64,000 nucleotides of DNA from the NCBI GenBank assembly GCA_963836235.1, contig CAWIIP010000004.1, positions 416,001 through 480,000 of the forward strand. The letters are read 5' to 3'. Positions 50,158 to 59,444 of the stretch are shown one piece after another. Made by a program: the position numbers and the translations under genes. The notes beneath the pieces are model-generated. The model did not search any database, was not told the origin of the DNA, and saw only the letters and a list, made by a program, of their open reading frames with translations. The stretch is from an uncultured Pseudomonadota bacterium (GTDB lineage: Bacteria; Oederibacteriota; Muellerivitia; Muellerivitales; Muellerivitaceae). Each line of letters starts with the position of its first letter. The first letter of the stretch is position 1.

Positions 50158-50760
50158 ATGAAATTAAATAAATTTTTTTTTCTTTTAAAAGTGGCCGGGT
50201 GCTTTCTTATTCTGGTTTTTGCTGGGTTCTTTGGTGAGATTCTTTATTGTTTCTTCATTTTTTCGGAGATTGAGGCTCAACCGAAGGAAGGTTACGACCT
50301 TGTCTTGATGTACACCGGAACCAGCGATCTTAAAAAAACTGTGAACCTAGCCTTGTCGGGCCGTACCCCTCTTTTTGTGTCAGGCGCGGGTGAATCCGAA
50401 TTGGCAATATCAAAGGCTCAAACTATTATGGGGAATTTTTCCGTCATCTATGATCCCCGTGCCCTCACCACCGACCAGAACGCCCGTTATACGGCCCCCT
50501 TTATCCGGAAGAAAGGCTGGCAACGTGTCCTGCTGGTGACCGGATGGGACCATTTGCCGCGCGCTCTCTTTCTGACCCGCTTTTACCTGATAGGGTCGGG
50601 TGTTACGGTGATCCCTTGCGCCAACGGCCCGGCGCCTAAAGACTGGTGGCGGTATCAACAGGCTTGGGTTCAGCTATTTAAATTTTGGGGAAGCTTGGGC
50701 CGAATCGTTTTGCATGAAGTTGGAATTGATAATTGGCCTCCTCCTGAATGGATGCCATAA
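50158..50760 (+). CDS. YdcF/ElyC (DUF218) family protein, copy 1
   Basis: N-terminal TM, VSG, ALTTDQNA, VLLVTGWDHLPRA. Confidence 0.75.
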   Translation: MKLNKFFFLLKVAGCFLILVFAGFFGEILYCFFIFSEIEAQPKEGYDLVLMYTGTSDLKKTVNLALSGRTPLFVSGAGESELAISKAQTIMGNFSVIYDPRALTTDQNARYTAPFIRKKGWQRVLLVTGWDHLPRALFLTRFYLIGSGVTVIPCANGPAPKDWWRYQQAWVQLFKFWGSLGRIVLHEVGIDNWPPPEWMP

Positions 50761-50894
50761 TAAATTTTTGGACGGGAGTGCCGGTTTTATTTATTGCGTT
50801 TTGCAGAGTATCTATGAATACATGATTCGGGTCAAAATGCGGGAATCGAGGCTTCGGAAGAAGGGGATTCCGGCTTGAAAATGAAAAGAAACCA

Positions 50895-51494
50895 ATGAAA
50901 TCCTTTAGGCTGACCGCTTATAAAGCGGTTGGAATGATCTTGGCCCTGGTTTTTGCCGCCTTTATGGCCGAGCTTCTTTATTTTTCGGGGGTCTATTCGG
51001 AACTGATGGTTCCACCGTCTAAAGATTATGACCTGGTCTTGTTGTATACCGGTACCAGCAACCGTAAAGAAGGTATTGACCTAGCATTGGCTGGCCACAC
51101 ACCCCTATTCGAATCTGGCGCGATTGAATTCGGACAAAATTTATTCGAAACCCAAAAAATAATGGGAACCCTGCCTTTCATTGACGACCCCCGCGCCCAA
51201 ACTACCGACCAGAACGCGCGGTACACGGCCCCTTTCATCCGGGAGAAAGGTTATCATCGTGTCCTGCTCTTAACCGGCTGGGACCACCTTCCCCGCGCGC
51301 TTTTTTTGACCCGCTTTTACTTGATGGGATCTGGCGTTACCGTGATCCCCTACGCCAACCACCCGCCCCCCAAAGACTGGTGGCGTCACTCACGGGCCTG
51401 GATTCAGCTTTTCAAATTCTGGGGAAGCCTGGGCCGGATCGTTCTGCATGAGGTTGGAATAGATAACTGGCCTCCTCCTGAATGGATGCCTTAA
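50895..51494 (+). CDS. YdcF/ElyC (DUF218) family protein, copy 2
   Basis: Tandem paralog with the identical C-terminus QLFKFWGSLGRIVLHEVGIDNWPPPEWMP. Confidence 0.75.
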   Translation: MKSFRLTAYKAVGMILALVFAAFMAELLYFSGVYSELMVPPSKDYDLVLLYTGTSNRKEGIDLALAGHTPLFESGAIEFGQNLFETQKIMGTLPFIDDPRAQTTDQNARYTAPFIREKGYHRVLLLTGWDHLPRALFLTRFYLMGSGVTVIPYANHPPPKDWWRHSRAWIQLFKFWGSLGRIVLHEVGIDNWPPPEWMP

Positions 51495-51774
51495 CAAAAT
51501 TTTGGATGTTTTCAGAAATAGTTGGGGCAAGTATCCCGCATTTATTCTGATTGAATACAGCTTGATTCGCACGACTGTGTCATTTTTACCCAGATCATAA
51601 AAAAAATCGTCCTGATCGGTTTTATTTTTTGATCGGAATTCATACTGCCCATATAATTAGATATAATTTCAGGGTTGGAGTTTAATGATAAACTCCTGAA
51701 TAAATCCTCGATTGTCTAAGGAAGAACGGGCCTTTCCCGTTCCACGAATTTGTGGTGATCGATTTGGAGTCAGA

Positions 51775-52980
51775 ATGAAAACCCTCGTTCTCTACCAATA
51801 TTACGCCCCGGATGATGTGATCGGCGCCCAGCAGTTCACGGGTTTGGCCGAGGGTTTGGCGGCGCGGGGGTATGAAGTGGAAACCTGGCCCTGCAACCGC
51901 AGCCGACATCTTCAACAAGATTCCTACACGCTTAAGCCGACCGAAATCAACGGCGTCACCGTAAGGCGGGTATGGCGGCCTGATTTCAACCAGGGCCGTT
52001 TCTTGGGGCGGATTGTGAACGCCCTTTGGATGGAGGCGGCCTGGGCCCTTCGCGCCCTCTTCGCGCGAAAAGCCCCCGACACCGTCATCATTGGGGCCGA
52101 CCCGATTTTCGGGCTCTTGCTGGTTCCTTTTTTCAAGCTTCGCTGGCCCCGAACCAAGATCGCCCATTGGTGCTTCGACCTTTACCCTGAATATCCCATC
52201 GCGGAAGGGATGGTCAAGGAAAAGGGGTTCTTGGTGCGGGTTTTAAGAGTTCTCTTGAGGCCCGCTTACGCCAAATGCGACCTCATCGCCAATCTGGGTT
52301 CCTGCATGAAGGAAAAGTTATCCCTTTATCCCATCAGCCACTCGGCTACTTTGACCCCCTGGGCCCAGGAAGAACCGCCCCAGCCGCTTCCGTTCGACAC
52401 CCAAGAAAGGGTGGAGCTGTTCGGGGATTCGCCCTTGGGCATCCTCTACTCCGGCAACCTGAGCCATCCCCACCGTTTCGACCTCACCTTGGAGCTGGCC
52501 CGGAAAATGGGGAACTCCGCCGTTTTCGCCTTCAGCGTCCGGGGAAACCGGGTGAGCGATCTAAAGGCCGCCTTGAAACCGGGGGATACCAATATTCGTT
52601 TTACGGAATTTGCGTCCCAAGAAAAACTGGCGGTAAGGCTTTCAGCGCCGGATGTGCACCTAGTCTCTTTGAAATCCTCCTACATGGGCGTGGCGGTACC
52701 TTCCAAGTTTTTCGGGGCGCTGGCCGTCGGCAGGCCTATCCTCTTTGAGGGGGACGAGGATTCTTCCATCGCCCGATGGATCAGGGAATATGAGCTGGGT
52801 TGGGTTCTCAATTCGGGCAACCTCGAGGAAATGGTTTCGGAGTTGGAAAAATTTTCCAGCTGTCCCACGAGAAAAGCGGCGGTATTCAAGCATTGCCATC
52901 AGGTTTACCAGGAACGTTTCACCAAAAAGACAGTGGTGGATATTTGGGAAAGAGAATTAAACGGCCTGTTGGCGTCCTGA
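51775..52980 (+). CDS. Glycosyltransferase family 4 (WcaI-like)
   Basis: QYYAPD, HWCFDLYPE, LYSGNL, DVHLVSL...VAVPSKFFGALAVGRPILF. Confidence 0.88.
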   Translation: MKTLVLYQYYAPDDVIGAQQFTGLAEGLAARGYEVETWPCNRSRHLQQDSYTLKPTEINGVTVRRVWRPDFNQGRFLGRIVNALWMEAAWALRALFARKAPDTVIIGADPIFGLLLVPFFKLRWPRTKIAHWCFDLYPEYPIAEGMVKEKGFLVRVLRVLLRPAYAKCDLIANLGSCMKEKLSLYPISHSATLTPWAQEEPPQPLPFDTQERVELFGDSPLGILYSGNLSHPHRFDLTLELARKMGNSAVFAFSVRGNRVSDLKAALKPGDTNIRFTEFASQEKLAVRLSAPDVHLVSLKSSYMGVAVPSKFFGALAVGRPILFEGDEDSSIARWIREYELGWVLNSGNLEEMVSELEKFSSCPTRKAAVFKHCHQVYQERFTKKTVVDIWERELNGLLAS

Positions 52981-53110
52981 AATAATCCAATCATGATGGT
53001 TCATGCGTTTTGTTGTTTGTCCGGTATGGTTGATTCTCAAAAGACCCCTTAGAAAATCCGCTTTCCCCATTGGAATTTGGCAAAATGGGGTTTACCCATT
53101 CGGGGTCAAA

Positions 53111-53139
53111 TTGATTCGGGCATTCCTTCCTGCTAAACT
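53111..53139 (+). promoter_or_regulatory. sigma70 promoter of the ParE/RelE cassette
   Basis: TTGATT-N17-TAAACT with extended -10 TG, AAGGAG RBS downstream. Confidence 0.6.
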
Positions 53140-53166
53140 AGTTTTCCAAAATCAAGGAGAGAACCT

Positions 53167-53355
53167 TTGTCCAAGGCTATGAAAAAAGAGGAAGCCCACA
53201 AACTCATCGATCAAATGCCGGCGAACGCCACATGGGATGATTTGATGCATGAGATTTACGTTCGCGAAGCCGTTGAACGGGGGTTGGCCGACAGCGAAGC
53301 CGGACTGACAAAGGACGTGGCGGAGGTTCGGGCGAAATACGGCCTTTCGGGATGA
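53167..53355 (+). CDS. Putative antitoxin
   Basis: KEEAHKLIDQMPANATWDDLMHEIYVR..VERGLAD..AG. Coupled (ATGA) to the ParE-like toxin. Confidence 0.8.
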   Translation: MSKAMKKEEAHKLIDQMPANATWDDLMHEIYVREAVERGLADSEAGLTKDVAEVRAKYGLSG

Positions 53356-53633
53356 ATGTCCGCTGGACGCGTACGGCCGAAGGCCATCTCGACGCTATTC
53401 ATGCCCATATTGCCCGCGATTCTAATGAGTATGCCCAAAGAATGGTCGACCGGCTTACCACCAAGTCACGCCAAATAGCTGAATTTCCCGCCTCGGGCCG
53501 TAAAGTTCCTGAATTTGCGGCCGATCAAATCCGTGAAGTCATTGAAGGGTCTTTTCGTATCATCTATCAGATCAAGACGGATCAGATAGACATTTTGGCG
53601 GTGGTTCATGGCGCTATGGATATCAACTTATGA
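53352..53633 (+). CDS. RelE/ParE family toxin
   Basis: VRWTRTA...I..HIARDS...FPASGRKVPE...IRE...FRIIY...ILAVVHG. Confidence 0.9.
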   Translation: MNVRWTRTAEGHLDAIHAHIARDSNEYAQRMVDRLTTKSRQIAEFPASGRKVPEFAADQIREVIEGSFRIIYQIKTDQIDILAVVHGAMDINL

Positions 53634-53649
53634 AAGGCATTAAAATCAA

Positions 53650-54663
53650 ATGAGTAAATTAAGAAAGGCCTTTATCACCGGTGTTACCGGCCAGGACGGT
53701 TCTTGGTTGGCGGATTTTCTTCTGGAAAAGGGCTACGAAGTCCATGGGATGGTCCGCCGTTCCTCTTCCTTTAACACCGCCCGGGTGGACCATATTTACC
53801 AGGACCCCCATGAGAAGGGCCGCCGGTTTTTCCTCCATTATGGGGACTTGACCGATTCCTCAGGGCTTTTCAAGCTTCTGCATGAAATCAAACCCGACGA
53901 AATCTACAACCTGGGGGCGCAAAGCCACGTCCGGGTTTCCTTCGACCAGCCCGAATATACGGGAGAAGCCACCGGGGTCGGTACCATCAAACTGTTGGAA
54001 GCCATGCGCTCGGCCTGTCCCAAGGCCCGGTTTTACCAGGCCAGCAGTTCGGAGCTTTACGGCGGCTTGGATTGCCCCAAGAAAGGCTATAACGAAAACA
54101 GCCCCTTTTATCCCCGCAGTCCCTATGGGGTCGCCAAGATTTACTCTTTTTGGGCTGCCAAAAACTACCGGGAAGCCTATGGGCTTCACATTTCCAACGG
54201 CATCCTTTTCAATCATGAAAGCGAGCGCCGGGGCGAAACCTTCGTGACCCGCAAGGTCACCCGGGCGGTGGGTCGTATTAAGGTGGGTTTGCAAAAGGAC
54301 CTGTTTCTCGGGAACTTGGAGGCCAAGAGGGACTGGGGCGACGCCAAGGAATTCGTGCGGGCCATGTGGCTGATGCTGCAAAAACCCAAGGCCGATGATT
54401 ACGTGGTGGCCACGGGGGAGAGCCATTCGATCAAGGAACTATTGGAAGTGTCTTTCGATCGCGTGGGACTTTCCTGGAAGAAGTTCGTCAAATTCGATTC
54501 CCGCTATTTGCGCCCGACGGAAGTGGATTTCTTGAAAGGGGACTCCTCCAAGGCCCGGCGGGTTCTGGGTTGGAAAAACGAGACCTCCTTCGAGGGCTTG
54601 ATCCAGCGCATGGTGGACCACGACCTGGAATTGGCCCATCGGGAAAAGAAGCGGGATTCCTAA
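53650..54663 (+). CDS. gmd: GDP-mannose 4,6-dehydratase
   Basis: [58 protein letters not shown]. Confidence 0.98.
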   Translation: MSKLRKAFITGVTGQDGSWLADFLLEKGYEVHGMVRRSSSFNTARVDHIYQDPHEKGRRFFLHYGDLTDSSGLFKLLHEIKPDEIYNLGAQSHVRVSFDQPEYTGEATGVGTIKLLEAMRSACPKARFYQASSSELYGGLDCPKKGYNENSPFYPRSPYGVAKIYSFWAAKNYREAYGLHISNGILFNHESERRGETFVTRKVTRAVGRIKVGLQKDLFLGNLEAKRDWGDAKEFVRAMWLMLQKPKADDYVVATGESHSIKELLEVSFDRVGLSWKKFVKFDSRYLRPTEVDFLKGDSSKARRVLGWKNETSFEGLIQRMVDHDLELAHREKKRDS

Positions 54664-54729
54664 TCCCGGCTTTTCCAAGGCGGGATTCTGTCGCTTGACC
54701 GGACGAACTCAAGAGGTCATCATAAGGTC

Positions 54730-54999
54730 ATGAAACACAGTAAGAAATCATCGGTTCAAATGGCGGACTTTAAGGCGCATTTGAGCCGCTATATGCGGGA
54801 TGTCCGGCATGGGCTCCGCCTTACCCTCCTTGACCGGCACATGCCGGTGGCGTTGGTGGTGCCCTATTCCGGGAACGCGGGCAAACTGACCGTGCGTCCG
54901 GCGCTTCGTTCTCCCGGCGAGGTCAAACTGCCGGCTCCGATGAAGAAAAAGGTGGATGTGGTCCGCTACGCCGCGGAAGAACGCCAGCGTTACCGTTGA
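54730..54999 (+). CDS. Phd/YefM-family antitoxin (orphan)
   Basis: VQMADFKAHLSRYMRDVRHG..LTLLDRHMPVALVVP, ends EERQRYR. Confidence 0.75.
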   Translation: MKHSKKSSVQMADFKAHLSRYMRDVRHGLRLTLLDRHMPVALVVPYSGNAGKLTVRPALRSPGEVKLPAPMKKKVDVVRYAAEERQRYR

Positions 55000-55062
55000 A
55001 CGCCTAGGGGTCGGCCTTCTCGTGGCGTAATAGTGTCCATGATTGAGTTTTCTCAAGGCCTA

Positions 55063-55091
55063 TTGCCCGGTGTCAGCGGGGAAGATATACT
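55063..55091 (+). promoter_or_regulatory. sigma70 promoter giving a probably leaderless transcript
   Basis: TTGCCC-N17-TATACT, with ATG 55098 only 7 nt downstream and no RBS. Confidence 0.6.
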
Positions 55092-55097
55092 AAAATC

Positions 55098-55280
55098 ATG
55101 ACACTAAAAGCCCTTGAAAAAGCCGTTCGGAAACTCAAACCCGAGCAACAACGTAAATTCCTGAGGGATCTTCCTGCCATCATCCGTCTGCCCCACGACG
55201 ACATGGCCCGCTTAAAGGCCGCCGAAAAATCATTCGCTTTTTGGGATAACCCCCAAGACGCTGTTTATGACCGCCTTTAA
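55098..55280 (+). CDS. Putative antitoxin of MazF/PemK toxin
   Basis: Ends [20 protein letters not shown], the W.N..D.VYD type tail. Overlaps the toxin start. Confidence 0.78.
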   Translation: MTLKALEKAVRKLKPEQQRKFLRDLPAIIRLPHDDMARLKAAEKSFAFWDNPQDAVYDRL

Positions 55281-55614
55281 GCGCGGGGATATCGTCCTTG
55301 TGGCTTTCCCATTTACGGATTTGACTACAGCAAAAATGCGTCCAGCATTGGTGATTTCCGCTGATTCATTCCAGCGATCGGGTATGGATGTTGTTTTAAT
55401 TGGTATTACCTCCCAAATTCCGAAAAAAATCCCTTCAACCGATTATCCGTTATCTCCTGAGGACCAACGGCAAGGAGGGCTTCCTAAACCATCCCTTGTC
55501 CGGTTGGGAAAAATTGTTACTTTGGACCAAAGGCTGATACGGAAAAAACTCGGGCATGTTTCGGCGGAAACTTTGAACCGACTGATCCTGGATTTACACA
55601 AACTACTGAGCTGA
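55267..55614 (+). CDS. MazF/PemK family endoribonuclease toxin
   Basis: [45 protein letters not shown]...KLG. Confidence 0.92.
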   Translation: MTAFKRGDIVLVAFPFTDLTTAKMRPALVISADSFQRSGMDVVLIGITSQIPKKIPSTDYPLSPEDQRQGGLPKPSLVRLGKIVTLDQRLIRKKLGHVSAETLNRLILDLHKLLS

Positions 55615-55652
55615 ATGTTCTGGATTTATCATCTCAAGGAGAATTTATTAAA

Positions 55653-56588
55653 ATGAAGATTTTCATCGCGGGGCATAGGGGCATGGTGGGGTCGGCCCTG
55701 GTGCGACGGTTCCAGGACGAAAAGGGTGTGGAGTTGCTTTTGCGGGACCGTTCACAACTGGACCTTCGCGACCCAAAGCAGGTCTTCGATTTTTACCAAA
55801 AGGAAAAACCCGATACCGTCATCGTGGCCGCCGCCAAGGTGGGCGGGATCATGGCCAATAACACTTATCCCGCCGAGTTCCTTTACCAAAACCTGGCCAT
55901 CGCGGTAAACAGCATCGAAGGGGCTTACCAGGCTGGGGTGAAGCGGCTTTTGTTTTTGGGGAGTTCCTGCATCTATCCCAAACTGGCGCCCCAGCCCATG
56001 CCGGAGGATTGCCTTTTAACCGGCCCCCTGGAACCCACCAATGAAGCCTACGCGGTGGCCAAGATCGCCGGCCTCAAGCTTTGCCAATATTACCGGAAGC
56101 AATATGGCGTCCTATTCCATTCGGCCATGCCCACCAATCTCTATGGCCCCGGGGACAATTACGACCTTAAAAACTCCCACGTTTTGCCGGCCCTGATCCG
56201 GCGGTTCCACGAGGCCTGGGAAACGAAGGCGCCCCTAGTGACTTTGTGGGGAACGGGGAGCCCGAAACGCGAATTCCTGCACGTGGACGACCTGGCGGAC
56301 GCCTGCGCCTTTCTCCTCAAGCTGGAAAATCCCCCGGATTGGGCCAATGTGGGGACGGGCGTGGACGCGACCATTCAATCCCTTGCGCACTTGATCGCTC
56401 AAATGTCGGATTATGAGGGAAAGGTCGAGTGGGACTCCTCCAAGCCCGATGGAACGCCCCGGAAACTGCTGGATGTTTCCCGGCTGGCCCAATTGGGATG
56501 GAAAGCCAAGATCAGCCTTGAAGATGGCATCAAGCAGACCTACCGGGATTACCTGGAAGAAAAAGCCACGGGCAAAATCCGGGAATGA
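55653..56588 (+). CDS. fcl: GDP-L-fucose synthase
   Basis: [66 protein letters not shown]. Confidence 0.98.
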   Translation: MKIFIAGHRGMVGSALVRRFQDEKGVELLLRDRSQLDLRDPKQVFDFYQKEKPDTVIVAAAKVGGIMANNTYPAEFLYQNLAIAVNSIEGAYQAGVKRLLFLGSSCIYPKLAPQPMPEDCLLTGPLEPTNEAYAVAKIAGLKLCQYYRKQYGVLFHSAMPTNLYGPGDNYDLKNSHVLPALIRRFHEAWETKAPLVTLWGTGSPKREFLHVDDLADACAFLLKLENPPDWANVGTGVDATIQSLAHLIAQMSDYEGKVEWDSSKPDGTPRKLLDVSRLAQLGWKAKISLEDGIKQTYRDYLEEKATGKIRE

Positions 56589-57496
56589 TGCGGTTTAAAA
56601 TCGAAAATTTTTTCTATTCAAATAAAGTTAAGGTTCGATTTAGATATCTATCCCTGAAACCGGTTTTTCTTTGGGTTGTCCTTTTCTTTTTTTATTCATG
56701 GGGCGGTTTTGCGCCTCTTCCTGCTTTTGCCGATGAAAGTCCCTGGACCTTTTTACCCCTGGAGCCCCAATTCGCCCCATTGATCGGCGATTACCAGGAA
56801 CCCAATGTCAGTGTTATCCCCCATTTGAGCGAGCAGGCTTTTGAGGGGAATGTGGGCGGAACCGCCGAGCTCATCCGGTGGAAATCGGCGGAGGATATGC
56901 AATGGGGAGTGGGGGTTTTTGGCGGGGCTTTTTTTCTTTTTCAGGACGCGGGCCTTTCCACCTTACGAGTCGTTGATTGGACCAGCGGTTTTTATTTGAG
57001 CGAAAAAACCGGCCTCTTTTCTTTCCGCGCCGAGTTCCAGGATGAAAAGTCCGACCTGGGCGACGAGTATGAATATGTATCCACAAATGCCCTGCCTTCT
57101 TATGATTGGCATAACAACAATTTAACGGTGGCCTTTAATCCAACCGATCAATTTCGACTTTTCGCTGGCGGCGGGGCCAAGGTTTTTTGGGAAGTTTATG
57201 ATCCAACCGAGAGCCTGGCTTTCGTTTTTGGCGGGGCCGAAGCTTATTCCAACCCTTTCCCTTTTTTAAGCCCTTTCTGCCGAGCTTATGGAACCTACTA
57301 CCTCAAATACCAGGACCAAGACGGCGGTATCGTTGACCAAGAATTTCAATTGGGCCTGCAGTTTAAAGGCGACGCGGATCAGCGCCGGGCCTTGCGTTTG
57401 GCCGTCCTTTATTATCTAGGACATGCCGATTACGGGTTGTTTTCGGATCAACCCAATACCCACTATTTTGGTTTCGGGTTATTTATCGACCCGTGA
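56585..57496 (+). CDS. Putative outer-membrane beta-barrel protein (DUF1207-like), copy 1
   Basis: Signal-like N-terminus, WTFLP...FAPLIGD..EP, amphipathic aromatic strands, YYLGH..YG.F, C-terminal FGFGLFIDP. Confidence 0.65.
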   Translation: MMRFKIENFFYSNKVKVRFRYLSLKPVFLWVVLFFFYSWGGFAPLPAFADESPWTFLPLEPQFAPLIGDYQEPNVSVIPHLSEQAFEGNVGGTAELIRWKSAEDMQWGVGVFGGAFFLFQDAGLSTLRVVDWTSGFYLSEKTGLFSFRAEFQDEKSDLGDEYEYVSTNALPSYDWHNNNLTVAFNPTDQFRLFAGGGAKVFWEVYDPTESLAFVFGGAEAYSNPFPFLSPFCRAYGTYYLKYQDQDGGIVDQEFQLGLQFKGDADQRRALRLAVLYYLGHADYGLFSDQPNTHYFGFGLFIDP

Positions 57497-58371
57497 AAGA
57501 AAAAACGATGGTTAAAATATTCCTGCTCCTCTTCACTTTCGGCTTTTACGCTGGCGCGTTTAGGTTTGCCATGGCCCAAGAAGGAAATTGGGCATTTTTG
57601 CCACCCTCTAATCTCTTCAAACCCTTGCTAGCCGATCCCCGCGAACCGAACAATAGCCTTGAGGTTTCGAGGGATACGACCCGGTATGACTTATCCTTGG
57701 GTGGCTCCATGGATCTCGTTCAATGGAATCTTGCCCAGGATAATCACTGGGGTGTGGGAATCATGGGGGCGGGTTATTTGTTGATCGCCCGGTATGATTG
57801 GGCGAGCTACCGTCTTGAGGACAGCGATTTGTGGTATGGCCTCTATATCTGCCAATCCTCCGGAAAGCTATCCAACCGATTCGAATACCAACATGGAAGC
57901 TCCCATTTGGGGGATTGGCTTTTTGGAACCGCCGGAACATCCTTTAGTATTTATGGGCAGACTTTTACGGAAGAACAAGCTTTCCCTTACGAGCGCGATT
58001 TAATTCAATGGACCGCTTCTTACCAGCCTTTTGATTTTTTGAGGGTTTGTGGCGGATTGGGTGATTGGCTTTACGCAACTCCCACGATTCAAGCCCTTTT
58101 CCCGCATTTAGAAGTTGAGGCTTTTTCAGGTTACAGTGAAATCATCGGAGTGTTTGTGCGTGCTTTTTTTGCCTATGACTTGAAAAGGGGAGACCTTATG
58201 AGCGGGATTACCGACCAAAACTTTAAATTGGGAATCCAAATGAAGCCATCAAAAGAAAGTCTTTCTGAACTTCATCTGGTCTTGGATTATTACAATGGGA
58301 ATAGCGAATACGGACAGTTTTATTTGCAAAGGGATAATCATTTTGGAATTGAAATTTCATTTTTGCCTTGA
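57493..58371 (+). CDS. Putative outer-membrane beta-barrel protein (DUF1207-like), copy 2
   Basis: Signal peptide, WAFLP...LFKPLLADPREP, HGSSHLGD, YYNG.SEYGQF, C-terminal FGIEISFLP. Confidence 0.72.
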   Translation: MKEKTMVKIFLLLFTFGFYAGAFRFAMAQEGNWAFLPPSNLFKPLLADPREPNNSLEVSRDTTRYDLSLGGSMDLVQWNLAQDNHWGVGIMGAGYLLIARYDWASYRLEDSDLWYGLYICQSSGKLSNRFEYQHGSSHLGDWLFGTAGTSFSIYGQTFTEEQAFPYERDLIQWTASYQPFDFLRVCGGLGDWLYATPTIQALFPHLEVEAFSGYSEIIGVFVRAFFAYDLKRGDLMSGITDQNFKLGIQMKPSKESLSELHLVLDYYNGNSEYGQFYLQRDNHFGIEISFLP

Positions 58372-58665
58372 AATACATTGGGATATCATTGTCATGCCCG
58401 TGGCTTGGATCGTGAGCAGGTCCAGAGGAATTTATGAAGTGTGATATTAAAATTCAACTTAACTCGAAGAACGATATTCGTTCAAACGCAGATGGGTTCC
58501 CTTTTTTTTCCACGTTCTTTGCAGTAAATTAGTTTTGAGGTCGAACCACCCTTTCCCGCGCGAAAATATAGGGAAAAGGCCCTATTTCCTTGCTTAAAAG
58601 GGCTAAACACAGTAATATTCATTAACTTTTCAAGGTTTTTAAAACTCCAGGCTTAAAGCTGAAAA

Positions 58666-59433
58666 ATGAGAATGACCACACTACACCTTACACGTTTTCT
58701 GGCCCTTTTCTTGGCCTTTTCCATGGTTTTCACCCCTATCCTGCCCTTATGGGCCGCCGAGATGGATGATAGCCCGGCGAAGGCTAATCTTGATTACCCC
58801 CCCCTCCTCATTGGCCCGGGCGACATGCTTACCATTACGGTTGTAGGCTATCAAAACCATGGGGGAATGAGCGGGGCAACGGCTTTTACTAACAATAGCG
58901 TGGATCTCCCGACTGAATACTTGGTGGACAGCAACGGGGATATCCTTTTTCCCTTTATCGGGAAAGTGAGTCTTTTAGGGATTTCCCAAATCGATGCCAG
59001 CAATAAAATCATGAAAAAGTTATCCCAATTCCTTAAGTTTCCCCAGGTCACCGTCCTGATCAAGTCGACCAATAGTTATAACATCTCGGTTTTGGGCCAA
59101 GTTGCCCATCCTGGTGAATACTTGATCCGAGGGCAGGCTACTTTCCTTTCCTCCATCTCGGAGGCGGGGGGGCCGGTCGAAAACGCCGATTTGGGCGGTA
59201 CGATCCTCATCCACAAAGGGAAAAAAACAAAATTGGACTTGGGCAAATATCTCTTAGACAAAAATTTTAATGGAGTGGATCCCTACGTCTATCCGGGCGA
59301 TATCATTATGGTTCCCAAGAGCGGATGGCCTTCCGTCGCCGAATGGGCCGTGATCGCGGGCATCCTCTCCAGCGCTGTTATTGTTTTCACTTATGTTCAT
59401 CCGCTCAATAATTCCAATAACAGCGGAAATTAA
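58666..59433 (+). CDS. wza: Short polysaccharide export protein (OPX/Wza family), copy 2
   Basis: IGPGDMLTITVVG...VDSNGDILFPFIGKV, GQVAHPG...SEAGGP, YVYPGD, C-terminal hydrophobic helix. Paralog of 33522-34268. Confidence 0.88.
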   Translation: MRMTTLHLTRFLALFLAFSMVFTPILPLWAAEMDDSPAKANLDYPPLLIGPGDMLTITVVGYQNHGGMSGATAFTNNSVDLPTEYLVDSNGDILFPFIGKVSLLGISQIDASNKIMKKLSQFLKFPQVTVLIKSTNSYNISVLGQVAHPGEYLIRGQATFLSSISEAGGPVENADLGGTILIHKGKKTKLDLGKYLLDKNFNGVDPYVYPGDIIMVPKSGWPSVAEWAVIAGILSSAVIVFTYVHPLNNSNNSGN

Positions 59434-59444
59434 GAGAGAAATTC

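Noticed and set aside
35982-55614. TA cassettes as integron gene cassettes
   Set aside because: No integrase and no convincing attC stem-loops. TCCTAAC at 39554 and GTTAGAA near 39746 are too far apart and the sequence between them does not pair.
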